IMG/VR virus record: IMGVR_UViG_3300017913_002045
Location: 1 to 32,755 of that record
Source of the DNA: a virus
Lineage: Duplodnaviria > Caudoviricetes
Direction: 5' to 3' (one strand)
DNA length: 32,755 nucleotides
Under the pieces are notes generated by a model. That model had not been told where the DNA came from. It searched no databases and saw only the letters and a program-made list of their open reading frames with translations. Position numbers and translations under genes: made by a program. This document shows, piece after piece, positions 1-8,071 of the stretch (positions within the stretch are counted from its first letter, which is position 1; each line of letters opens with the position of its first letter).

Positions 1-649
1 AACAGCATTGGCAAACAAAGGTTTTGAAAACCTAACACCAGCACAGATTTATCTAGCACTATCAGACAAATCAAACGCAAAAACTTGGGCAGATGTTGAT
101 CCAAGCCTACCAAATGTAGCAATCAAAGCATTCATTCCAGGAACCAAGCACGGCACTCGTGAAGTGTTTGAAAAGAAAGTTATGCTTGCAGGTTGTAAAA
201 CTGTAGGAACTTATGATGTTGTTTTCAAGAACCTAGATGGTAACAAAAAAGCAGCAGAGAAAGAATGCTTCAAAGTGCGCACAGACGGAGCAAGTGTTGA
301 TATTGATGGTGATTACACAGAAACACTAGCAAGTATCGAAGCAAACCCAGAAGGCATTGGTGTGTTTGGACTATCGTTCCTGTTGAACAACACTGACAAA
401 ATCTATGCAGCAGACATCAACGGTGTTCAGCCAACCACAGAATCAATCGCAAGCGGTGAATATCCAGTAAGCCGTCCATTGCAGTTCTATGTGAAACTGG
501 CACACATTGATCAAGTCGCAGGTATGAAAGACTATATTGAGTTCTTCGTTTCAGATGAGATTGCTGGTCCAGATGGCCCACTAGCAGACTACGGTTTGGT
601 AAGTGATCCAGAACTAGCAAAAACACAAGAAATGGTTGCGGGATTTTAA
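1..649 (+). CDS. pstS: Phosphate ABC transporter substrate-binding protein, 5'-truncated by the window
   Basis: PGTKHGTREVF, GIGVFG and SGEYPVSRPLQFYVK are typical of the PstS/PBP-like fold; the frame is open to the window start. Confidence 0.85.
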   Translation, partial: TALANKGFENLTPAQIYLALSDKSNAKTWADVDPSLPNVAIKAFIPGTKHGTREVFEKKVMLAGCKTVGTYDVVFKNLDGNKKAAEKECFKVRTDGASVDIDGDYTETLASIEANPEGIGVFGLSFLLNNTDKIYAADINGVQPTTESIASGEYPVSRPLQFYVKLAHIDQVAGMKDYIEFFVSDEIAGPDGPLADYGLVSDPELAKTQEMVAGF

Positions 650-662
650 TAGTCAATAATAC

Positions 663-712
663 TTGACAATGTATACGCTCCGTGCTAAATTAAGTATGGA
701 GCGTATTTTTTT
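663..712 (+). promoter_or_regulatory. Sigma70-type promoter overlapping a terminator-like hairpin
   Basis: TTGACA(663-668)-N17-TAAATT(686-691); ATACGCTCC(673-681)/GGAGCGTAT(698-706) followed by a T run. Confidence 0.6.
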
Positions 713-723
713 GGAGACACACT

Positions 724-945
724 ATGGCAATGAACACAGGCTTTATTCCGGTATTTGAAGAAAAGTTTAAGAAACTACTGAAGAAAATAGAAAAGGAATA
801 TGAAAAACCCAAGGCTGCACGTGACAAAGATTTTCTAAAAGAAACTAGTAGAGAGGCTAAGAAATTACGCAAATTGCTCAAAGAGTGTCGCGAAGAGATG
901 GGCAGCCAATGTTGCCCTCACTGCGGAGAAGAACTACACCTGTAG
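724..945 (+). CDS. Small basic coiled-coil protein with C-terminal CPHCG (zinc-knuckle-like)
   Basis: GGAG SD upstream; CCPHCG at the C-terminus. Confidence 0.6.
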   Translation: MAMNTGFIPVFEEKFKKLLKKIEKEYEKPKAARDKDFLKETSREAKKLRKLLKECREEMGSQCCPHCGEELHL

Positions 946-978
946 CCAACACACAAACACAGACTAAAGGAATATAAA

Positions 979-1527
979 ATGATTGAAGGATTCAAGTTAC
1001 CTCATGTAACATTTAAAACTCGTGTCCGTGATGATAGTATCGACGGACCAAACCCATTTCGTTGGGAAGATAAAACAACAGAAGACTATTTTGCAAACAA
1101 GCGAGTGGTCCTATTTTCATTGCCGGGTGCATTTACACCGACATGTAGCACTTATCAATTGCCAGGCTTTGAAGAAAACTATAACAAAATCAAAGGCTTT
1201 GGTATTGACGAAGTTTATTGCATGAGTGTGAACGATGCGTTTGTTATGAATGCATGGGCAAAAGCACAGTGCATTGAACGAGTAAAGGTTATTCCTGATG
1301 GTTCAGGCAACTTCACTCGCTTTATGGGTATGTTGATTGGCAAAAACCATTTGGGTTTTGGTAACCGCAGTTGGCGTTACATGGCAGTGATCAACAATGG
1401 TGTTGTTGAAAAATGGTGGCAGGAACCTGGTATTAACAACGATGGCGAAGATTTTGATCCGTATGGCGAAACAACGCCTGAAAATTGTATTGCTTATCTT
1501 GACAAAGACGAAGTAATGATCGACTAA
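979..1527 (+). CDS. Peroxiredoxin (Prx5/redoxin family)
   Basis: FSLPGAFTPTCS (PxxxTxxC), SVNDAFVMNAW, RSWRY; AAGGA SD. Confidence 0.93.
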   Translation: MIEGFKLPHVTFKTRVRDDSIDGPNPFRWEDKTTEDYFANKRVVLFSLPGAFTPTCSTYQLPGFEENYNKIKGFGIDEVYCMSVNDAFVMNAWAKAQCIERVKVIPDGSGNFTRFMGMLIGKNHLGFGNRSWRYMAVINNGVVEKWWQEPGINNDGEDFDPYGETTPENCIAYLDKDEVMID

Positions 1528-1590
1528 CACAGATTGGTGTGCTATACATAGTGTAGTAGACACTACCGGGTTGTGCCGTAACACACACGC

Positions 1591-1620
1591 AGGAGGCCAC
1601 GGTTAGCCTCCTTTCTTTTT
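1591..1620 (+). terminator. Rho-independent terminator
   Basis: AGGAGGC-cacggtta-GCCTCCT followed by TTCTTTTT. Confidence 0.75.
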
Positions 1621-1625
1621 AATTA

Positions 1626-1633
1626 GATAAATA
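1626..1633 (+). promoter_or_regulatory. T4-like late promoter (GATAAATA)
   Basis: One copy of a TAAATA motif that recurs in many intergenic gaps and resembles the T4 late promoter TATAAATA. Confidence 0.6.
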
Positions 1634-1656
1634 CCCTAGTACAAAAGGATAATTCA

Positions 1657-2232
1657 ATGGCTTATGTAAATATGAATATATTATATGACTTTGAGCATAC
1701 AGTACCTCTTGATTCTAGTGACAACGAAATTAGAAATCAAAACGTTGCTCAACTTGTTAATGACATGGGAACAAGAAATCTGCGAGATTCTCTAAACGGC
1801 AATCAAGTGGTGATGTTCTCAGTAACAGGTGCATGGCGACAAAGACATAAGATTGATGATTATCAAGCAAATGCTGCAAGCATCAAAGCCACTGGTGTAG
1901 ATAAAATTATCTGTCATGTAGTGGATGATCCTTGGGCAGTATATGCATGGGCAGGTTGGTTGAATTGTCCTGATATTGAATTTATTGCAGACGGTAATGG
2001 AAAACTTGCAATGCGTATGGGTGTGCTTACAGACATGAGTGTAGAAGATTGTGGCAACAGATCTTGGCAATACAGTGCATTCATTGACAATGGTGTAATT
2101 GAATATTACAACGAAGAACCTAGTATGCCTATTGAAGAAGTTGAACCAGGAGATCCTAATACAGACATCACCAATGCAACTACTGCAACCGACATGTTAG
2201 AATGGTTACAATCTGACTCAAGTGGTATTTAA
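1657..2232 (+). CDS. Divergent peroxiredoxin-like protein lacking the peroxidatic Cys
   Basis: Aligns to the upstream Prx (VDDPWAVYAW, IADGNG, GNRSWQY, IDNGVIE), but the active site reads FSVTGAWRQRH. Confidence 0.75.
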   Translation: MAYVNMNILYDFEHTVPLDSSDNEIRNQNVAQLVNDMGTRNLRDSLNGNQVVMFSVTGAWRQRHKIDDYQANAASIKATGVDKIICHVVDDPWAVYAWAGWLNCPDIEFIADGNGKLAMRMGVLTDMSVEDCGNRSWQYSAFIDNGVIEYYNEEPSMPIEEVEPGDPNTDITNATTATDMLEWLQSDSSGI

Positions 2233-2243
2233 AAGGAGCGGCT

Positions 2244-2495
2244 ATGAGAAAAAGAACTCGCAGTATCCTTGAAGAATTAAACAACTTAACACCAAAGAAT
2301 AACAGCGATGACTTTATTCAAACTACAGGTAACAATCTCATCGAAAGCAGCATTAATCTGCTGAAAAAGGTTTATGAAACATACGATGAAGGTACAGCAG
2401 TAGATTTGGAGAGACGCTTCCTAAACAGTATCAGAGCTGCGAATCCACGCAAGTTTAAAGCAGGCGTTGATAAAATAAAAGAGAGCAAAAAATGA
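2244..2495 (+). CDS. Hypothetical phage protein
   Basis: AAGGAG SD; ATGA overlap with the next ORF. Confidence 0.7.
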   Translation: MRKRTRSILEELNNLTPKNNSDDFIQTTGNNLIESSINLLKKVYETYDEGTAVDLERRFLNSIRAANPRKFKAGVDKIKESKK

Positions 2496-3220
2496 TTATC
2501 AACGAAGGCGGCAACATTTGGCCAGATCAAACCGAAGACTTTGATCAGGCAATAATTCCAGACATGATGAAACAGATCAATGGTGTGCTGGCCAAGACAG
2601 GCGCACAAGCATTGCCAATTGGATCAGGTGCAACACCTACTCCAGGAAAGCGCAGTGGCGACTTGGATATGATTATTGACGCAGGTAAACTAGGCGGACA
2701 CTTCAAAGTTGCTGATGCAAAAGCAGCAAGAGTAGAATTAGAACAACTGTTTCAGCAAGCTGGTTTTGATACTAAGAAAACAGGAACCAGTGTGCATGTT
2801 AAAACCACTGTGGGTGGATCTGCACAACAGGTTGATATCATGGTTGTTGACAATGGTGAAAAAGCACAGAAGTTCCATGTGCATGACATTCCCAAAGGCA
2901 GTGCCTACAAAGGTGTTCATAAACAAATGCTTATTGCTGGTTTAGCAAAGCAAGAAGGATATAAGTGGAGTCCTTATAAGGGACTGGTCAACAGAGAAAC
3001 CAATGAATTAGTTGCTGATGATCTAGATAAAGTAGCAGAACTATTGCTAGGCAAAGGTGCAAGAGGATCTGACTTGGGCAGTGTTGAAAGTATTGTTGCA
3101 AAACGTCCTGATGCACAAAATATTGTCGATGCAGAAGAAGCTAATCCTGACAGCACTTGGAATAAAAAGAAAGTGCAGTCAGAAGAACTGCAAAGAATCA
3201 AACAACTTAGCGGAATTTAA
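2492..3220 (+). CDS. Putative Pol-beta-superfamily nucleotidyltransferase
   Basis: hGS...SGDLDMIID motif plus QVDIM third acidic residue. Confidence 0.6.
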   Translation: MIINEGGNIWPDQTEDFDQAIIPDMMKQINGVLAKTGAQALPIGSGATPTPGKRSGDLDMIIDAGKLGGHFKVADAKAARVELEQLFQQAGFDTKKTGTSVHVKTTVGGSAQQVDIMVVDNGEKAQKFHVHDIPKGSAYKGVHKQMLIAGLAKQEGYKWSPYKGLVNRETNELVADDLDKVAELLLGKGARGSDLGSVESIVAKRPDAQNIVDAEEANPDSTWNKKKVQSEELQRIKQLSGI

Positions 3221-3263
3221 CGCCGTTTTTTACCCCTAAAAGCCCGTATTTTTATCTAAAGAC

Positions 3264-3300
3264 TAAATACAATATAAGAAACTCCATAGAGTAATGGAGT
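3264..3300 (+). promoter_or_regulatory. Late promoter plus 5' leader hairpin
   Basis: TAAATA 3264-3269; ACTCCAT-agagta-ATGGAGT 3281-3300. Confidence 0.55.
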
Positions 3301-3326
3301 AGTCATTAGAGAACAAGGAGAATACA

Positions 3327-3662
3327 ATGGCTTCATTTACACGTACAAACGGCTTAGGCCACGCACACGCAACGCTTTATAGCACAGCGCAATTGTCAGC
3401 ATTCCTAATCGATCTAGGTGCAGACGCATCAGGTCAAGGTGGTATCGGCGGTGCTCTAGAAGCATGTGCACAAGAAATTGGTTCAGCATTGCTAATGTTT
3501 GACTCAGAAGGTACAGCAGGTCAAGTACACGTTATCGTAGACGGACACGCAGTAAACGCAGCAGACTTGCAAGCACGTTTACGTGACCTAGGCACAGTGA
3601 ACTCATATGACATGAGTGGTGCAACAGTCACACTAGGTGGACAAATTACAGTAGCAGCATAA
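3327..3662 (+). CDS. Probable abundant virion structural (decoration-type) protein
   Basis: Own late promoter, AAGGAG SD and terminator; Ala/Gly-rich with strong GCA/GGT codon bias. Confidence 0.55.
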   Translation: MASFTRTNGLGHAHATLYSTAQLSAFLIDLGADASGQGGIGGALEACAQEIGSALLMFDSEGTAGQVHVIVDGHAVNAADLQARLRDLGTVNSYDMSGATVTLGGQITVAA

Positions 3663-3685
3663 GGCAGTTACAGTATAATAAAATT

Positions 3686-3716
3686 AAAGGCTCACTTTTT
3701 AAGTGGGCCTTTTTTA
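3686..3716 (+). terminator. Rho-independent terminator
   Basis: AAAGGCTCACTT-ttt-AAGTGGGCCTTT followed by a T run. Confidence 0.85.
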
Positions 3717-3734
3717 TTGACACTAAGTAATATT

Positions 3735-4127
3735 ATGCGTTACAAAATTAAAACATTGATTGATATTACTCCAACAGGTGCTCGCAAAGGCGATAACATT
3801 TTCAAGTATAAACAAGATCAAAATCACACAAGTTTTGTTAACAGTATTCAAATGCGTAGCAATGTGAATACAGAAACTGTTACAAGCAACAAAGTGTCAA
3901 TTGCCAATATGGGATTTGGAGAAAAGTATAAAGGACGCCAAATGGTTTGGGAAATGGAATTTCATTTTGATCAAGAAGGCAGCCATCATCCAATGTTCAT
4001 GCGCAAAGACTTGGATCTTGTGCCTGTGTTTACTGGCTTAAACGAAACTATCAAGTGTCCAACCAAAGCATTTATCATTGATGATGACAATTACTGCAAC
4101 ACTATTATTGAAGAAATTGATAAATAA
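3735..4127 (+). CDS. Hypothetical phage protein (start reassigned to ATG 3735)
   Basis: ATG lies 6 nt after TAAGTA (3724-3729), the spacing seen at other late genes. Confidence 0.65.
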   Translation: MRYKIKTLIDITPTGARKGDNIFKYKQDQNHTSFVNSIQMRSNVNTETVTSNKVSIANMGFGEKYKGRQMVWEMEFHFDQEGSHHPMFMRKDLDLVPVFTGLNETIKCPTKAFIIDDDNYCNTIIEEIDK

Positions 4128-4200
4128 TAATAGTGCTGAGGCACTTAGGCATTCAAAAGGTACGAAAAGGCTATTTCCTGTCGTTTTATTGGAGTATTGA

Positions 4201-4428
4201 ATGTCGACAACTGATCTAGAAAGACAAAGTTTAGAAGCACATGTAGATCTGTGTGCAATTCGTTATGAGGCTCTAGACGGACGTCTTACCAAAGTTGAAG
4301 AAAAGTTAGATGATATTGCAGACCAAATGACAGCTGGACAAAATAGTCTTGTAAAAGTTATTATTGGTGCAAGCGGTACTATTGTTGCAGGATTGCTAAG
4401 TACCATTGTTGTAGTTTTATTACAATAG
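4201..4428 (+). CDS. Small coiled-coil protein with C-terminal TM helix (XhlA/holin-like architecture)
   Basis: Heptad region RLTKVEEKLDDI then hydrophobic IIGASGTIVAGLLSTIVVVLL; GGAG SD. Confidence 0.55.
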   Translation: MSTTDLERQSLEAHVDLCAIRYEALDGRLTKVEEKLDDIADQMTAGQNSLVKVIIGASGTIVAGLLSTIVVVLLQ

Positions 4429-4446
4429 ATTACGATAAATAACTAT

Positions 4447-4731
4447 ATGTTAGTTAGAGAATTATTCACAGAAACTCAAGTTGATGAAAAGCAGGTGTGG
4501 GCACGTAAGGGTAAAAGCGTGACTCGTAAATACCGTTGCAGTTCAGGTAGACGCAAAGGTCGTGTTGTAAGTAAAATGCAACAATGCTTTGCTCCACTCA
4601 ATTTAAAAGCAAGTGTAAGACTCAAGCAAACAAAAAAGAAACAAGGTGCAAGGATGGCACGTAAGGCCAAAAGGACCAAGCGTATAAATCCAGCTAGTAA
4701 GAGATTGAAGCAACTTAATAGGAGACGTTAA
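4447..4731 (+). CDS. Highly basic late protein, paralogue 1
   Basis: KQVWAR..RKYRCSSG..KGRVV..C motif shared with the next ORF; TAAATA at 4436-4441. Confidence 0.75.
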   Translation: MLVRELFTETQVDEKQVWARKGKSVTRKYRCSSGRRKGRVVSKMQQCFAPLNLKASVRLKQTKKKQGARMARKAKRTKRINPASKRLKQLNRRR

Positions 4732-5042
4732 TGAAGGTTGCAGAGATTACAGAAGGATACAAACAAGTATGGGCACGAACTGCAAAAGGTGTCAAACGCA
4801 AGTATCGCTGTACCTCTGGACAAAAGAAAGGCAGAGTTGTTGCTAAACCTGCCACATGTAGCACTCCTGTCAAGCAAGGTAAAAGCATAAGGACCAAAAA
4901 AACACGTAGGCACAAAGCGACTAGTCAAAGTATCAAAAGAGGAATGACAGTCAAACGTCCAACAACTAAGAAGGTTACGAGATTAAATAAAGCTAATAAG
5001 AATCGTAATCGGAAACGCATAAGGCCACGCAAGAGGAAGTAG
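4731..5042 (+). CDS. Highly basic late protein, paralogue 2
   Basis: KQVWAR..RKYRCTSG..KGRVV..C; TAATG coupling to the previous ORF. Confidence 0.75.
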   Translation: MKVAEITEGYKQVWARTAKGVKRKYRCTSGQKKGRVVAKPATCSTPVKQGKSIRTKKTRRHKATSQSIKRGMTVKRPTTKKVTRLNKANKNRNRKRIRPRKRK

Positions 5043-5043
5043 T

Positions 5044-5517
5044 ATGAGATACGAAGAATTTACAACTGAAGCAGAGCGACTAGATGAGTTGCTTCCTCTA
5101 ATACCTGCAATTGCTGGAGGTGTTGCTAGAGCAGCAGTAGGCGGCGCAGCCAAGGCAGTTGGTAAAGCAGCGGCCAAAGGTGTAGGCAAGTTGGCTAAAA
5201 AAGCAGTTGGCTTAGGCAAGACAGCAGCTAAAGCACCAGCAGTTCCACAAACAGCACCTACAACAAATGATCCTAATGCAAAGGTTGATACACAACCTGC
5301 AGGCACACCACCAGCACCAGCAATGGGTGCAACATCAGATTTACGCACAGGCGGCGAAATTGAATTACCGACTAAAACACAAGGCGGTATGAAAAAATAC
5401 AAAGTCACAAGAGCAGACGGTGACGATATAGAGATACAAGATCCACAAGCCAAACCCGGCGAACCACAAAAAATGGTTTACAAAAAGGGTGATATAGAAA
5501 GAGCAATGATGCAATGA
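5044..5517 (+). CDS. Ala/Lys/Pro-rich putative internal head protein
   Basis: N-terminus MRYEEFTTE; LDE followed by an amphipathic AG/K-rich helix. Confidence 0.6.
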   Translation: MRYEEFTTEAERLDELLPLIPAIAGGVARAAVGGAAKAVGKAAAKGVGKLAKKAVGLGKTAAKAPAVPQTAPTTNDPNAKVDTQPAGTPPAPAMGATSDLRTGGEIELPTKTQGGMKKYKVTRADGDDIEIQDPQAKPGEPQKMVYKKGDIERAMMQ

Positions 5518-5732
5518 AACTCAACGAGTTGATAGGCGGTTTTTCCATCTTTACAACAAACGAGGAGCAAGAGTTTCTTGACAAATTTTCTACTGGCTGT
5601 TATACTGATACACTAAGCGAGCGAGAAATGGTACTAGTCGACTCGCTTGTAAGAAAAAGCATACTTACCAAAGTACGGTATCAAGGAAGCGATTGGGTCT
5701 CTATTGATGAAAACTATAAACCAGGCAGTTAA
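5514..5732 (+). CDS. Hypothetical protein
   Basis: ATGA overlap with the previous ORF; MKLNEL N-terminus. Confidence 0.65.
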   Translation: MKLNELIGGFSIFTTNEEQEFLDKFSTGCYTDTLSEREMVLVDSLVRKSILTKVRYQGSDWVSIDENYKPGS

Positions 5733-6132
5733 AGAACTACAGGATCTAGTAGAACAAGAAATACCTCGTTATGCAATTCCATACAAACAAGGTAGGAGTA
5801 TACGTATTGGTAAAACTATCGTACGCCGCAGCCAACGGCATGGATATACAGTAGTTGATACAGATGATAATGCAATTGTAAGTTATGCATTTAGCAAACA
5901 CGGTGCCGTAGCAATAGCAAAAGCATACAACGACGACATGATGCTGGAACCTTTGCAAAACAAAGACAAACAAGTACAAAAGCATTTTAATGATAGCGTG
6001 TTCTTTCAGCATGGCATTGAACAAACTACAGACGAATTTCGCAGAGCAGTGCTAGAAGATAGATTGGATATATCTCAAGCAGAACTAGACACTGCATATA
6101 GGTCTCTAGAAAAGTTTATTCTTGCAATCTAA
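5707..6132 (+). CDS. Hypothetical protein
   Basis: 141-codon ORF in operon context. Confidence 0.65.
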   Translation: MKTINQAVKELQDLVEQEIPRYAIPYKQGRSIRIGKTIVRRSQRHGYTVVDTDDNAIVSYAFSKHGAVAIAKAYNDDMMLEPLQNKDKQVQKHFNDSVFFQHGIEQTTDEFRRAVLEDRLDISQAELDTAYRSLEKFILAI

Positions 6133-6168
6133 AGATAAATAACTATAATAAACAACCAGGATGAAACA

Positions 6169-7020
6169 ATGCAAATTTCAGATTTTACAAAACCAGTTAC
6201 AGCTAAGGCACTTAACGAAAGTTTAGCCAAGCGTTATGGCAAAAAAATTAACCTAAGTAGTTTTACACTTGAGCAACTACAAGATGCTCGTAACAAACTA
6301 CGCACACAATTATTCAATGTTGAAACCAACGAGAGTTTTGACAGCGTACAAAACGATGCATACAACCGCAGCAAAATGATGTTGGATGTATTGAATGCAG
6401 AGCTTGCAGAGCGTGGCGATATTGAAGAAGAATCAATCGAAGAAGCAAAGCCAGATTACATTGATCTTGATGGTGACGGCGACAAAAAAGAGCCAATGAA
6501 AAAGGCTGCGAAAGACGCTAAGAAAAAGAAAAAAGTTTCTGAAGGCGCTGAAGATCACGCAGAGCTTGTAATGGCAGCAAAAGACATGGTTGACCGTCTT
6601 ACTGGTTGGATGGAAGACACAGCTGAAATGCAAACTGAATCAATGCTGGAACTTGCAGATGCTATTCGTGACGAACTAGGTGCAGAGCAAGCAGAAGGCT
6701 TTACAAACACAATCAAGCCAGCACTGGACAGCTTGTACAGTGCAATGGAAGGCGCTAGAGAATCACTTACATCAGGTGTTGGTTTGCTTACAGGCGAGGG
6801 CGAAGCACCTATGATGGGCGACGACGACATGGATGACATGGGTGACATGGAACCAATTGATGATGAACCTGCAGGTGATGACCTAGAAGCAGAACTAGGC
6901 GGCGATGATGACTTTGGTGCAGCCGATGCAGCAGCAGGCGGCGAAGAACCAGAAGAAAGAGCCAAGCGTGAGAGCATTGATCCTCGCAAGCTAGGCAAGA
7001 TGCTTTCAAAAAAAAAGTAA
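6169..7020 (+). CDS. Acidic prohead core/scaffold-like protein
   Basis: Late promoter 6136-6141; helical and D/E-rich; repeated hydrophobic-x-E sites (LNES, IEEA, VSEG); DLDGDGD motif. Confidence 0.55.
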   Translation: MQISDFTKPVTAKALNESLAKRYGKKINLSSFTLEQLQDARNKLRTQLFNVETNESFDSVQNDAYNRSKMMLDVLNAELAERGDIEEESIEEAKPDYIDLDGDGDKKEPMKKAAKDAKKKKKVSEGAEDHAELVMAAKDMVDRLTGWMEDTAEMQTESMLELADAIRDELGAEQAEGFTNTIKPALDSLYSAMEGARESLTSGVGLLTGEGEAPMMGDDDMDDMGDMEPIDDEPAGDDLEAELGGDDDFGAADAAAGGEEPEERAKRESIDPRKLGKMLSKKK

Positions 7021-7328
7021 CTGAAGGCGTAGAAACACAAAAACTCTATCAAGTCCTCACACTGTTAAAAGACAGAGGAATGGTAGAGTTTTCTATTGAG
7101 CAGCTAGATGCTTACATGCAAAACATTGGCGAAAAAGCATTCACTTACGAAACTTTCAAAGCAGCATATGACACAGATCCTCGTATACAAGAGATTGTGT
7201 CTGATTTCAATAAAGAAATGGTCAGTCTAAAAGACAGCGAAATGGATGACATCAAACGCAAACGTAAAAAAGCTGATAACGATGTAAGCAAGATGGCTAA
7301 ACGTGCAACCAAAGTTGGAGATATTTAG
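7017..7328 (+). CDS. ORF probably reached by -1 frameshift from the 6169 gene (or started at ATG 7080)
   Basis: Frame open from 6981 with no ATG/GTG/TTG before 7080; A_AAA_AAG immediately precedes the upstream stop. Confidence 0.55.
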   Translation, partial: VTEGVETQKLYQVLTLLKDRGMVEFSIEQLDAYMQNIGEKAFTYETFKAAYDTDPRIQEIVSDFNKEMVSLKDSEMDDIKRKRKKADNDVSKMAKRATKVGDI

Positions 7329-7329
7329 A

Positions 7330-7358
7330 TTGACTTTAGGTCCTGATCCTATTATAAT
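7330..7358 (+). promoter_or_regulatory. Sigma70-type promoter, probably giving a leaderless mRNA
   Basis: TTGACT-N17-TATAAT, with ATG 5 nt downstream and no SD. Confidence 0.7.
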
Positions 7359-7363
7359 CTAGT

Positions 7364-8044
7364 ATGAGTTTAATTACAGAGCGGTTCAAATACGAACGAT
7401 TAAAACGTGTGGAAGTGAATGGCAAGCGCCGTTATGAAACACCAGGAGGTCCTCCTGTGGCTAGTGTCACCACCATCCTTGGAGAGACAAAAGATAAAAC
7501 GCATCTTATTGAGTGGCGCCGTAGAGTAGGCGAAAAGAAAGCACAAGAGATAACCACTGAAGCAGCTGGTGTAGGCACACGGATGCACAAGTATCTTGAA
7601 GACTATATTGAGTTTGGTGAATGGCCTACTCCAGGTAGCAATCCTTATGCGCAGCAAGCACACATGATGGCAACACAGATCAAAGAACGTGCTATGGATC
7701 ATGTGGATGAAATTTGGGGTAGCGAAGTTCCTTTATACGTCCCAAAACTGTATGCCGGCACAACAGATCTTGTTGGCACATACAAGGGTCAGCCCTGTAT
7801 TATGGATTTCAAACAAACTAATAAACCTAAAAAGGTAGAATGGGTAGAAGATTACTTCTTGCAACTCACTGCATACGCTATTGCTCACAACGAAGTGCAT
7901 GGTACAAACATTCGTGAAGGCCACGTGTTTATGTGCAGTCGTGCTGGTGAGTATCAACAGTTTGATATATGGCCAGATGAATTTGACGAATGGGAACAAG
8001 AATGGTGGCGTAGGGTCTATCAATATTACGAGAAGTTCGGCTAA
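7364..8044 (+). CDS. PD-(D/E)XK exonuclease (Cas4/MGME1-like phage exonuclease)
   Basis: SVTTIL, GTRMHKYLE, SE, AGTTDL, IMDFKQ, YFLQLTAYA. Confidence 0.85.
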   Translation: MSLITERFKYERLKRVEVNGKRRYETPGGPPVASVTTILGETKDKTHLIEWRRRVGEKKAQEITTEAAGVGTRMHKYLEDYIEFGEWPTPGSNPYAQQAHMMATQIKERAMDHVDEIWGSEVPLYVPKLYAGTTDLVGTYKGQPCIMDFKQTNKPKKVEWVEDYFLQLTAYAIAHNEVHGTNIREGHVFMCSRAGEYQQFDIWPDEFDEWEQEWWRRVYQYYEKFG

Positions 8045-8071
8045 ATACTACAATAAACAGGAGTAGTAGTT

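Noticed and set aside
7364-8044. Cas4/CRISPR system
   Set aside because: No repeat-spacer array or other cas genes, and no four-Cys cluster; ordinary phage exonuclease
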